From Nitrosopumilaceae archaeon (lineage in GTDB: Archaea; Thermoproteota; Nitrososphaeria; Nitrososphaerales; Nitrosopumilaceae), in contig CBDCCK010000002.1 of NCBI GenBank assembly GCA_965214835.1, forward strand, positions 2,176,001 through 2,240,000: a DNA stretch of 64,000 nt, read 5' to 3'. The number at the start of each line of letters is the position of its first letter. Within the stretch, counting starts at the first letter, position 1. A program made the position numbers and the translations under genes. A model generated the notes under the pieces. It saw only the letters and a list, made by a program, of their open reading frames with translations. It was not told the origin of the DNA and made no database searches. Below are positions 20,088-30,121 of the stretch, in pieces.

Positions 20088-20819
20088 ATGACCCTTGAGA
20101 TAATTCCCGTGTGCTTTGAGGATTATGTCGACGATAAAACCGATCTGGCCTCTGTAATCGAGCAAGGAATCAAGCTGCAAGACGGCGACATAGTCGTCGT
20201 ATCCCAAAAGATCATCTCAAAGCAGGAGGGCAGGGTCGTGCCCCTTGACTCTGTGACACCCTCACTGCTTGCGCAGGGGATTGCATCCCAGTATCAAAAG
20301 GATCCCAGGCTTGTCGAGCTGATTCTGTCCGAGTCCAGGCGCATTGTCAGGATGGAGAGGGGCGTCATCATCGTAGAGACGCACCACGGATTCGTATGCG
20401 CCAATGCAGGCATAGACCAGAGCAACGTATCCATGGGACACGCCACGCTGCTTCCTGTCGACTCTGATGCATCGGCACGCAGGCTCAGGCAGAGGCTTTT
20501 GGTAAAAACCGGAAGGTCCACGGCGGTAATAGTCTCTGATACCTTCGGACGCCCGTTTAGAACAGGACAGGCCGACTGTGCGCTGGGGGTGTCCGGGATA
20601 AATCCGATTGAGGACTATAGGGGAACAAGCGACTCTGCCGGAAGAAAGCTGCGGGTATCTGTTACTGCCGTTGCCGATGAGATCTGCGCCGCCGCCGAGC
20701 TAGTCAAGGGCAAGTCAGGCAACTGCCCGATTGCAGTTGTCAGGAACCTCGGGTTCACTGCCTCAGATGACTCTGTCAATTCACTGCTTCGCCCAGAAGA
20801 CGAGGATCTGTTCAGATGA
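20088..20819 (+). CDS. cofE: Coenzyme F420-0:L-glutamate ligase
   Basis: QKIISKQEGR, CANAGIDQSN, SDTFGRPFR. Confidence 0.95.
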   Translation: MTLEIIPVCFEDYVDDKTDLASVIEQGIKLQDGDIVVVSQKIISKQEGRVVPLDSVTPSLLAQGIASQYQKDPRLVELILSESRRIVRMERGVIIVETHHGFVCANAGIDQSNVSMGHATLLPVDSDASARRLRQRLLVKTGRSTAVIVSDTFGRPFRTGQADCALGVSGINPIEDYRGTSDSAGRKLRVSVTAVADEICAAAELVKGKSGNCPIAVVRNLGFTASDDSVNSLLRPEDEDLFR

Positions 20820-20859
20820 TTCAATAGGATTATAATCTCGACGCCGACACCCACACCTG

Positions 20860-21777
20860 TTGACAATCAGAGCAGAGCTTCACTGCCATAACGTGTTTTC
20901 AAACTTTCATGTGGGCGAAAAGGAGCCCCCATATGATTGCAGCGTATCGATCCGGGATCAGCTGGAGCGGGCACTGGATCTGGGCATCAACTCGCTTTTT
21001 GTGACCAACCACAACACCATGGACGGATATGCGCAGCTGCGGGACTATCAGCATGATCATGAAAAGTTCAAGGGGATAACGATCTTTCCTGCCGAGGAGA
21101 TCACGATTGATACCGGGGCACATGTTCTGGCATATGGGATTTGCTCGGAGATAAGGCCCGGGATGACACTTGATGAGACGATCGACGAGATCCGCCGCCA
21201 GGACGGGGTCTCATCTGCACCGCACCCGTTCAGCCTGCTTGATGCGCTGCGGGCCGATGCGTCAAAATGCGACATGATAGAGGTCTTCAACAGCAACAAC
21301 GTTGACGTGATCTCAAACGCGCATGCCGCAGAGTTTGCCCTTGAGAACAACATGACAAAGGTCGCGGGAAGCGACTCACACGTGCTGTCGACGCTGGGAA
21401 GATGCGTAAACGTCATAGACGCCCAAAACACCCTGGATGACGCGCTGTCTGGGATGAGGCACGACCGCATCGACATCGAGCAGACGGGCTATGCGTGGGA
21501 GTCTGAGACCCTCGAGCACATAAAATACAAGATCGACAACTCAAGGGACTATCTGGCGCAGTTTATCAAAGACGAATATCCAAACGCTGCTTGGTTCCTC
21601 TCGTTTTTGCTGCGTATATACAGCTCCCACCAGAACAGCTACTTGTGGTCGATATTCTACAAGATTGCAATCCGGTTGATGAGGCGGCTTTCGGCAAAGA
21701 TCAACGACGGGGGCCTTGATCCAGGCTTTATGAAGGGCCGCAACCTAGGAGAGATGTTCAGGGTTGCAATATCATAG
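20860..21777 (+). CDS. PHP-domain metal-dependent phosphoesterase
   Basis: LHCH, TNHN, PHP, GSDSH motifs. Confidence 0.9.
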   Translation: MTIRAELHCHNVFSNFHVGEKEPPYDCSVSIRDQLERALDLGINSLFVTNHNTMDGYAQLRDYQHDHEKFKGITIFPAEEITIDTGAHVLAYGICSEIRPGMTLDETIDEIRRQDGVSSAPHPFSLLDALRADASKCDMIEVFNSNNVDVISNAHAAEFALENNMTKVAGSDSHVLSTLGRCVNVIDAQNTLDDALSGMRHDRIDIEQTGYAWESETLEHIKYKIDNSRDYLAQFIKDEYPNAAWFLSFLLRIYSSHQNSYLWSIFYKIAIRLMRRLSAKINDGGLDPGFMKGRNLGEMFRVAIS

Positions 21778-22025
21778 ATCCGGCCGGATGCGATGCCAAA
21801 ACTACGTGAAACAGCGTCCATAAGGGGCAGTAGCACATTTCCCAACTGCGAACCAGTCTTCCTAGAAGTAACCCGACTTATGGAGGTGCAGACGGCCATG
21901 TGCGGATCTGTAGGCAGCCTGGCTTGAACTATTTCGAGCTTGGAACCGTTTTACGGGGAACTTTTGGGAAGACTGGCGAGAACAACTAGATATTAATATA
22001 CAAATCAGTGCCTCTTACATGTAAC

Positions 22026-22256
22026 ATGCCTGAAGAAAAAAAACTGGACGCAACAGGACTGTTCTGCCCCGAACCGGTCTTTCGCACAAAAATCCAAATC
22101 GAAAGGATGCAGGCAGGCGAGGTTCTGACCGTAACGGCAGATGATCCCGCAGCCGAGGAGGACATCTCAAGATGGGTCCAAAGACAGGGCCACGAGCTGC
22201 TTGACGTGTCCAGGGATGGCGCAAAAATCACGCTTTCAATCAAAAAGGTAAAGTAG
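22026..22256 (+). CDS. tusA: TusA/SirA-family sulfur carrier
   Basis: LDATGLFCPEP and ADDPAAEEDI motifs. Confidence 0.9.
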   Translation: MPEEKKLDATGLFCPEPVFRTKIQIERMQAGEVLTVTADDPAAEEDISRWVQRQGHELLDVSRDGAKITLSIKKVK

Positions 22257-22739
22257 CCATGGGATGCGGCCCACCGGTGTTGTTGGCAGGATTGGAAACA
22301 CCCTACTTGAGCTCTGGCTCCTGTCCTGTGATGGTGCAAGATACTTTGCAAACATCTGCTTGGATATGGTGCCCTTTTTTGCGTTCTCCCATTCTGGTAC
22401 CTCATTGTGGCGAACTCGCTAGAGTCGTCAAGCAGCATCCCCCCCCGGCGTCTGCGCATGCCTGCGCTGCGAGCACGGATCTCAACACCTTCATATCCCA
22501 CGCGGCTATCTTAGTTGCTGTCGCATGCAGGGACGATTTGGATGGGATCTTTTTGAGCCTATACGTGTTGACAGAGCCCGGATGCAGGTACATGGTAATC
22601 GTTTAGGCTGAGCACAAGGCCAATTTTTGATTACCACTTGGATCTGTATGCTCCCAGATCACACCTAGATTCGTTGCCTGGCTAGGAAACCAAGGTACTG
22701 CGCGACGAGCTGGTCCGCGTCATAGCGAAGCGTGATAAG

Positions 22740-23276
22740 ATGAAAAGGGAGCCTGCTATACAGCTTGAGGAGCTTACCATACATCTGGCCGAGGCCATGG
22801 CACGAAACGCGATGCTGGAAGCAGAAAACCAGCAGCTCAGGCAGAAGGGGCCTGCCACCGAAAGTGCAGATGGCAGGCCCGAGGAGACAGCACCTTACGC
22901 ACAAACGGTCGGGCTTGCGGCAGAAAACAAGCAGCTCAGGCAGTACATCAAATACTACGAGAACCCGTACAACCACTCCTCGCAGAACTCGATTCCGACC
23001 CGGCAGAAAAAGGCCGCCGCGGCAAAGGCCTCAGGCGAGGTACCGGCATCTACAAAGGCAAAGCCGGGCCGCAAGCAGGGACGCGAGGAAGTATCACACA
23101 CCAGAAAGCCGACCCAGTCTGAAGGGCACCGCCCAAAAAGTGCAACAGGTGCGGCGGCACCAGCATGAAGGATCCGGGGAAGGTGTTCTCCGAGACTGTG
23201 ACTGAGATCCCCGAGATGCCCAAGGTCGTCACCACGCAGCATATGGCATACAGGTATACGTGCGCCGGCTGCGGCC
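22740..23276 (+). pseudogene. IS66 transposase N-terminal fragment, truncated by a MITE
   Basis: Coiled coil, YYENP..SSQNS, KPGRKQG, CxxC remnants; homologous to 56888-57623. Confidence 0.8.
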
Positions 23277-23367
23277 GCAAGTGCTTTACTCCCTCCCGAA
23301 AATGGGCATGGTGGGCACGGTGATCAAGGTTCTGACCTGCAGTGTCGCTTATGGGGTAAACTCTTAC
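23277..23367 (-). mobile_element. MITE family A copy, inverted
   Basis: Ends ...GGGGTAAACTCTTAC; 91 bp; reverse complement aligns to 8686-8776. Confidence 0.85.
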
Positions 23368-23699
23368 GATCGTCTGAAGGTCACGTATATGCCGACTGCA
23401 ACGCAGCAGATCAGCGCCGTAGAAAATTATTGGGATCAGTCAAAGAGGGACATACTGGCCTCCGAGTATTATTCCATGTTTGAGGATATGAGGCGTATGC
23501 TGTCCGAATGCCTGAGGACTACCAGCTTCAACCACGATGTCATGGAGTACCTTGGAAGCAAGCCAAAATTTTCATGAACTTGTGTTCTTCGCTATGCGTC
23601 CCATTAAAGGATGACCTGCCGAAGGATATCACGGCAAAGATTATCGCCGATCCAACGGGCATGAAACATGCTCAGAATACACTGTACCTGATTTCCACG

Positions 23700-24191
23700 T
23701 CATTGGTCAGACGCGGTTCGTCTCTTAGCTGAATCCCCACTTTGCGTGATTTTGATTACTGGTTGCGAGTCAACATTGTAGATCGGCTCGCCGTTTTTAC
23801 TGAATCCGTCCAATTTACGCACTTGGCCTATCACTGATTTCACACTCATTATGTCCCCATTGCTCAGATCATACGTGTTGAATTCTTCTCTTAGGGTAAT
23901 GGTTTTGACATCATCATCTAATACGAATAATGATCCTTGCTGCCGTGGCGATTCAGCCTGTGGTTTCCGTCTGTTTCCGTCTACAAACACATGCAAATCG
24001 CTCACGGAATTGATTGCTATGCGACGCCTATCGGTGGGATCAATTACTAGATGGCTTATTCTGATTAGCAAGCTCAGTATTGAGCCGTCGGGAAGCTTGT
24101 AGAAGCTAGGCTGTAATGGTTTCTGAGGCGTCGCAGTCACATACCCCATGTTCTTTATGCTACCATAGATTTCTTGTATGGGAACGCTCAT
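23700..24191 (-). CDS. Hypothetical protein with internally duplicated domain
   Basis: 163 aa; FYKLPDGSIL and TYDLSNGDIM halves; last gene of an AT-rich ATGA-coupled trio. Confidence 0.75.
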   Translation of the reverse strand: MSVPIQEIYGSIKNMGYVTATPQKPLQPSFYKLPDGSILSLLIRISHLVIDPTDRRRIAINSVSDLHVFVDGNRRKPQAESPRQQGSLFVLDDDVKTITLREEFNTYDLSNGDIMSVKSVIGQVRKLDGFSKNGEPIYNVDSQPVIKITQSGDSAKRRTASDQ

Positions 24192-24382
24192 TTTACATCC
24201 TTGAATTTTCTACAGGTAATTTCACCGTTTTCTTTGCCGTGAAAGACCACCCATGATTTTTTAAACAGGTCGTCTCTCTCAGATATCAAGTGCTCACACG
24301 GCTTGAGTTTTGCTTGGGAGCGATACACCTTTTTGAATTTCCCACGCATCCCGAATATGGTGGCATCTATTTCATAACTCAT
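24188..24382 (-). CDS. Hypothetical small basic protein
   Basis: 64 aa; 4-nt overlaps with both neighbours. Confidence 0.6.
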   Translation of the reverse strand: MSYEIDATIFGMRGKFKKVYRSQAKLKPCEHLISERDDLFKKSWVVFHGKENGEITCRKFKDVK

Positions 24383-24726
24383 TTTTCTGGCACGAATTTG
24401 TAAAAGTCAACATAGTCGTCGCTTTTTTTAACGATAAATTCCTCACCATTCCATGTTACACGATACGGTTTGTCAGTCTTCATGACTTTGGAATTGTATG
24501 CAACCTCTTCAATGCCATCCACCGTCCTGACATATACCGGCAGAGGGATATCCAGATCAAATATGCGTGATTTGGTGGTACACTTAATTTTTTCAAGCTT
24601 GATCTCATCATTAGAAATCAAGCACTGGGAATAATCACATGATGTGTGGCTATCATATGGTCTGTGATCATAATATTCTGATTGTCTGGCCATAGAAATT
24701 TGCATAAAGTGACATCCGCAAATCAT
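24379..24726 (-). CDS. Hypothetical protein
   Basis: AT-rich ORF coupled to the next gene; start uncertain. Confidence 0.6.
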   Translation of the reverse strand: MICGCHFMQISMARQSEYYDHRPYDSHTSCDYSQCLISNDEIKLEKIKCTTKSRIFDLDIPLPVYVRTVDGIEEVAYNSKVMKTDKPYRVTWNGEEFIVKKSDDYVDFYKFVPEK

Positions 24727-24890
24727 TACTTAAATCTTTAGACCTTGGCAGTAGACGGAAATGTACCCCACCCCAACTACTGGCAGGCAGCATGAAATAA
24801 TCCACCAAAGGTACAAGCAAATCTAGATCCACCCAATCTATCTACATGGCGCCCCTGCCCGCCATGTTGCGTAAACAAAAAGGCGAGCAG

Positions 24891-25240
24891 AAGCACCTTA
24901 CGCACAAACGGTCGGGCTTGCGGCAGAAAACAAGCAGCTCAGGCAGCACATCAAATACTACGAGAACCCGTACATCCACTCCTCGTAGAACTCGATTCCG
25001 ACCCGGCAGAAAAAGGCCGCCGCGGCAAAGGCCTCAGGCGAGGTACCGGCATCTACAAAGGCAAAGCCGGGCCGCAAGCAGGGACGCGAGGAAGTATCAC
25101 ATACCAGAAAGCCGACCCAGTCTGAAGGGCACCGCCCAAAAAGTGCGACAGGTGCGGCGGCACCAGCATGAAGGATCCGGGGAAGGTGTTCTCCGAGGCT
25201 GTGACTGAGATCCCCGAGATGCCCAAGGCCGTCACCACGG
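24891..25240 (+). pseudogene. Second IS66 fragment, near-identical to ~22890-23236
   Basis: Direct nucleotide repeat (GCACCTTACGCACAAACGG...GTCACCACG) with an added stop. Confidence 0.8.
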
Positions 25241-25538
25241 CGGTGTGCGGATCTGCATGCAGTTTAACCTAAATTGTGTCAGATTTGGAACCGTTTTACG
25301 GGGAACCTTTGGGAAGGCTGGACAGGCAGCTACATATTCATGTCTGATGGCATCCACAAGGTAACGGTTAAGACATTCAGAGATTTCTATAATCCAAAAA
25401 GTAGTTCACCCCTTCTCCGAGGGTGTAAAGTCGGTAAGGATCAGATGCACGGGCCTCATGCATGCCACTGGAAACAAGGGTGTGTGGGTCTGGCGCAAAA
25501 GGGCTGGTAAATACGTCAGTCTTGCACGCCCCAACAAC

Positions 25539-26577
25539 ATGAATCTAAACAAGTCAGGCGTACAGTGGATAGTACGCCAAAAGCAAAAGGGAGACATGAC
25601 AAACGCCCAGATAGCCGAATCCATGAACGTCTCGGTCCGCTGGGTACAGAAACTGTGGGCCCGGCACAGGTCAGGCACCGTACAGGACATATCGCACCCC
25701 GCACGGATGGGAAGGCCCCAGAACGGCATGCCCGGGCGCAGGGAGCACTCGGCGGTCCTCTCGGTGCGACCTGGCGGATTCTGGACGTGGCTCAACGAGG
25801 CCGTCCTGGCGCAGGGAGCACTCGGCGGTCCTCTCGGTGCGACCCTCCGAGCACCTAGGCGCGGCATCACTGCAGGATCTCATAAGGGAAAAGACCGGGA
25901 TTAATATCCCGCGACATACACTGCACGGCATGCTAAAGGACGAGGGGATGGCCAGAGACGAGCCCAACGGGCGCAGAAAACGCAGGTGGCTGCGCTGGGA
26001 GATGGAGTATTCCAACTCCATGTGGCACACCGATTGGAAGCAGATACACGGCGGAATGCACGACGGCAGGTGGTTTTTGTGCTACGAGGACGACGCATCC
26101 CGGTTCGTGACCGGATACGGCATATTTGACAACGCGACTACAGAAAACGCCCTCAAGGTGCTTGACGGGGCCATGCAGAAGCACGGCAGGCCCGCCTCCA
26201 TAATGACGGACCACGGAAGCCAGTTCTATGCAAACGAAAAACAGGGTGCAAAGAGGGGGCACAGCGAGTTCGAGGAGAGCCTGGAGGCCCTAGGCATACG
26301 GCAGGTCCTTGCCGGGGTGCGCCACCCGCAGACAAACGGCAAGGTCGAGAGGCTGCACGGCGAGATACAGCGCAAGCTGCACGAGTTTGAGGATATCATG
26401 ATGAGAACAAGCGATCCCATGGATCTGTTCATGAAATGGTACAACTACGACAGGCCCCACATGTCCCTTGACCGGGAGAACCGGGAGACGCCGGCGCAGG
26501 CATATGAGCGCAAGATGCCTCCTGCGGGCGAAACGGTCATAGATGGGCAGACCAGGGAGGAATATCATGTCAGATAG
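25539..26577 (+). pseudogene. IS481 DDE transposase frameshifted by a 73-bp insertion
   Basis: HTH N-terminus; WHTDWK, EDDASR, TDHGSQF, PQTNGKVER, YNYDRPH; deleting 73 bp restores SAVLSVRPSEHLG. Confidence 0.9.
25735..25844. repeat. 37-bp perfect direct repeat around a 36-bp unique insert
   Basis: GGCGCAGGGAGCACTCGGCGGTCCTCTCGGTGCGACC at 25735-25771 and 25808-25844. Confidence 0.95.
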
Positions 26578-26930
26578 GGGGGGGGGGTGAACTACTTTTC
26601 GGATCCCACAAGACATTCAGAGATTGCAAAAGGAATTATACTATCGATAATCGTACAATCAGGATTGGGCGGGGAGATCTCTGTGAGATGATGCCTTTGT
26701 GGTCGTAAGGGCGGTATTTGGGAAGAACGGGCTGCTGATCAGCCCCCATTACTAGTCTATGCATCCATGAGAAAATACCGCATAGGGGCCGGATATACAG
26801 TGGGCATCTTTGCAGGCAACGGCAGAAAGTTCGGGAGCGTTTATGCGTCACACGACATAATGACTGGACAGGAGTTTGACTCTGCACTAGAGGATGCAAG
26901 GCACGTCTCGAGGCTTGTCTGTTGGAACCT

Positions 26931-27923
26931 TTATGGGTTCTCTTCTAGGTACCTGTTCACGTCAATTGCCGCCATGCAGCCATATCCTGCAGCGGTGACT
27001 GCCTGCCTGTACCTGTGATCGTGCACGTCGCCTGCCGCAAAGACCCCCTCGACACTCGTGCACGTATTCTCCGAGATCTTGATGTACCCCTGATCATCCA
27101 GATCAACCTGGCTTGCAAACAGCTCCGTATTTGGGGTGTGACCGATGGCTACAAAGACCCCGCCTGCTGTCAGCAATGATGTCTCCCTGCTCTTTGTATT
27201 CTTTAGCGTGACATTCTGAACCTTTTCGTCGCCTGCAATCTCCTCGATGATCGTGTTTGTATGGAACCTTATCTTTTCGTTGTCCAGTGCGCGCTCGTGC
27301 ATGACCCTGCTGGCCCTGAACACATCCCTTCTGTGGATGATGTGCACGGTGCTTGCAAACTTTGTAAGAAACGTGGCCTCTTCCATGGCAGAATCCCCTC
27401 CGCCGACTACGACTAGCTCCTGGTTTCTAAAGAATGGGCCATCACAGGTCGCACAGTACGAGACGCCCCTTCCTGCGTATCTCTCCTCGGACTCTAGGCC
27501 CAGCTTCCTGGGGCTTGCGCCCGTGGCGATGATGACTGCCCTTGCCTCGTATTCCTCGGAGGATGTCAGTACCTTGAACGGCCTCTTTCTGAAATCCACA
27601 TTGACTGCCACGTCGTCGACGATCGTGGTCCCCATCCGGAGAGTCTGCTCCCTTATCGTTATCATCAGATCCGGGCCCATGATCCCGTCCTTGAATCCCG
27701 GATAGTTCTCAACGTCCGTGGTGTTGACCAGCTGCCCCCCGGGGAGAATCCCCGACAGTATCAGGGTGTCGTGCCTTGCCCTTGAGCAGTAAATCCCCGC
27801 GGTATACCCTGCCGGTCCCGCTCCGATGATTATCACATCATACCTTGTTTTTTTCTTGTCCGGACTTTTCGGCGGTTCGTTTTTGCTTTCTAGCACCGTT
27901 CCCGAATCCGAGCTTGCCATCAT
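26931..27923 (-). CDS. trxB: Thioredoxin-disulfide reductase
   Basis: GAGPAG, CATCDG, GGGDSA, AAGDV, RQAVTAAG. Confidence 0.97.
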   Translation of the reverse strand: MMASSDSGTVLESKNEPPKSPDKKKTRYDVIIIGAGPAGYTAGIYCSRARHDTLILSGILPGGQLVNTTDVENYPGFKDGIMGPDLMITIREQTLRMGTTIVDDVAVNVDFRKRPFKVLTSSEEYEARAVIIATGASPRKLGLESEERYAGRGVSYCATCDGPFFRNQELVVVGGGDSAMEEATFLTKFASTVHIIHRRDVFRASRVMHERALDNEKIRFHTNTIIEEIAGDEKVQNVTLKNTKSRETSLLTAGGVFVAIGHTPNTELFASQVDLDDQGYIKISENTCTSVEGVFAAGDVHDHRYRQAVTAAGYGCMAAIDVNRYLEENP

Positions 27924-28219
27924 AGAATGCCATCGGACACTTGATTAATTTAAGTTCTTCACCGCTTCATCCAGGCGAAACGTGCCACAGCTGGAGCCGA
28001 AAGAACAAGAGATGCAGGCTTGTCAGCCCTAGCAAGTGCAGGGGGGATAAATCAGGGTGTGGCTTATAATCAGCAAATTTTGGTCTGCGCGGGCACAAGT
28101 CTGCGCATGACGGATCAAAATACCCGCAAAATCCAAAGTCATGATCGCTTTTATGTGGGACGCAGACCCTTGGCAAAAAATGGGAAGGGAGTACAGACCG
28201 TCCATTTGACTAGGTGTTT

Positions 28220-28385
28220 TTCAAACCCCGTCAAGACATCCGGTGGACGCTGTGGCCAAACATGAAGCCGCAGATGTGGCTGTGCGACAAGTGGATCGCA
28301 GAGGCTGCTGCCGTGTAGGAACCGCGTGCCCGCCATGATCCGGGCGGATCGACTGGGCTCTAGTCGGAGTTATGCAGCAGACCAT
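28220..28385 (+). mobile_element. Degenerate 3' end of an IS5-family element
   Basis: Aligns with ~40530-40800 (AAGTGGATCGCAGAGGC...CTAGTCGGAGTTATGCA). Confidence 0.7.
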
Positions 28386-28505
28386 CACGCATCTGATCTG
28401 CAGTCGAGCCGGGCATAGCATACGCCGGTTTGGGTCAAGTCCGGCAGAACCGCAAGCACGTCAGGTACCCGGCCTGATGCGCATTTTGCATGGCCGGATC
28501 CGGCG

Positions 28506-29279
28506 CTAGCCCATTGCCGAATCCAGGATCCTTTGGTGCCTTTCACACAGCCTCCCGACCCTGATCTGTGCGTGAAGCAGATCCCTCTGCCAGTGTGCAT
28601 TGAACAGCCTGCAGTCCCGGTCATCACAAAAGGGCTCCCCTGAAATATAGTACAGTAGCGCCTGCAGAAAGTAGCCCTCTGCAACCATGCCCAGCCTCTT
28701 GTCGCCGTACTCCAGAAAGGCCCCTGCGTACTTTTTCCTGAGGGCCTCTACGTTTATCCCCATCCTTGAGTTTGTGATCAGCTCCGCATAGTATTCCCTC
28801 GGCTTTGCCGGCGCCTCGATCATTCCCGTCGTGGAGATGACTGCCGGATTCGAGCATATTACCGCACGCCCATGGTACCTGTAGTCCGAACAGTCAAACG
28901 TACAGCTCAGCTTGTTTGTGAAAATCACATGGAAGACATCCCGGACCAGCTCGCCCTTGGGAATCAGCTGCCCCAAGGCATTCTGCAGCTCAATTCCGTC
29001 ATAGTATATGATGTTGGGGTTGTCTGCGGTGCTTTTGATGTTTTTTTCCTCAAAGCGGATCTCCTCCTGTGTCGGGTCGTGTCTCACAAAGGGCTCGCTG
29101 AGCCTGAAGATTCTGGCGGCCGCCACAAGGGATGGCGTATCGGGCCTGCCGTACGAGAGGATGGGACCTCTTTTTTCCACGTCCACTTTGAGGTTTTTCT
29201 GGGCAAACTCGACTAGGCAGTCTAGGTTGATCTCGGGCACGGAGGGCTCGTCATAGAAGACTATCCTGGAGATCCTCAA
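28506..29279 (-). CDS. Conserved archaeal protein, putative Zn metallopeptidase (DUF6775-like)
   Basis: RYHGRAVI, EAPAKPREYY, CDDRDCRLFNAHWQ, LCERH. Confidence 0.7.
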   Translation of the reverse strand: MRISRIVFYDEPSVPEINLDCLVEFAQKNLKVDVEKRGPILSYGRPDTPSLVAAARIFRLSEPFVRHDPTQEEIRFEEKNIKSTADNPNIIYYDGIELQNALGQLIPKGELVRDVFHVIFTNKLSCTFDCSDYRYHGRAVICSNPAVISTTGMIEAPAKPREYYAELITNSRMGINVEALRKKYAGAFLEYGDKRLGMVAEGYFLQALLYYISGEPFCDDRDCRLFNAHWQRDLLHAQIRVGRLCERHQRILDSAMG

Positions 29280-29302
29280 TACCGTGATGGCGCCATGGTG
29301 TC

Positions 29303-30121
29303 TTATCTTCCCAGCTCTTCTATCTTTTGGGCGGCAATCTCCGCTGCACGCTTTCCAGAGAAAAGCATCGAGCCAAATGTCGGCCCCATCCTGGGAAGCC
29401 CGTGCGTCTCTGTAACCGACATTCCAGCCGCAATCAGGCCCGGATACACCTGGCCTGTCTTGAGTACCACCTGATCCTCGCCGGATTCCACGTGCATCGG
29501 CTGCATTCCCTTCCAGTCTGCCAGCCCCCTGTCAACGAGTCTCTTTACTGCGACCGAGTCGTGTCCTGACGCGTCGATTACGACCCTTGCCTCCAGGGCA
29601 ACCGGATCCACGCATGTGATGTTTCTTGGAAGCGCAGAAACCGGCATCCAGTTGACAACAATGCCCTCTACCCTCTCATTTCTTAGGACAAGATCATCGA
29701 ACTTTGTAAGGTTTAGGAACTTTACCCCCGCGTCGCATGCGCCTGCGATCAGTTTTGAGACAGCATGCGGTCCTGGTGTCAGGTATAGCCCCTCTCCGAC
29801 CTGCTTGTACGGCACCTCCAACTCGTCCCAGATCTTCTGGGCAGGGGCCCTCACCGTCACGGGATTCATCATGTATCCGCCCAGCCAGTAGCCTCCGCCG
29901 AGGTAGTTGTTTTGCTCGATGACCAGTATCTTGTAGCCGTTGAGTGCAAGCTCCCTGCTTGCCGTAAGTCCTGCCGGACCGGCGCCGATAATTATGACGT
30001 CAGAGCTTGCCCTGTCGATTAGAACCTTGTGAAACTCCTCTACAATCGCCCTTGTAATTTCAACCTCCCTGACGTCTGCAAAGATTTTTGACTCTGACTG
30101 CGCGCTGACTGCCTCTTGCAT
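29303..30121 (-). CDS. thi4: Adenosine diphosphate thiazole synthase (Thi4)
   Basis: GAGPAGL, GGGYWLGG, TCVDP, DASGHD, PRMGPTFGSML. Confidence 0.95.
   Translation of the reverse strand: MQEAVSAQSESKIFADVREVEITRAIVEEFHKVLIDRASSDVIIIGAGPAGLTASRELALNGYKILVIEQNNYLGGGYWLGGYMMNPVTVRAPAQKIWDELEVPYKQVGEGLYLTPGPHAVSKLIAGACDAGVKFLNLTKFDDLVLRNERVEGIVVNWMPVSALPRNITCVDPVALEARVVIDASGHDSVAVKRLVDRGLADWKGMQPMHVESGEDQVVLKTGQVYPGLIAAGMSVTETHGLPRMGPTFGSMLFSGKRAAEIAAQKIEELGR

Larger units (their letters stand above)
25386..26610 (+). mobile_element. IS481-family element with 15-bp TSD
   Basis: IRs T(C/G)T..ATCC(A/G)AAAAGTAGTTCACCCC; AGACATTCAGAGATT at 25371-25385 and 26611-26625. Confidence 0.9.

Noticed and set aside
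22821-22945. 24-bp repeat with 99-bp period in the IS66 fragment as another spacer-type scar
   Set aside because: In-frame and of different dimensions; more likely coiled-coil expansion.
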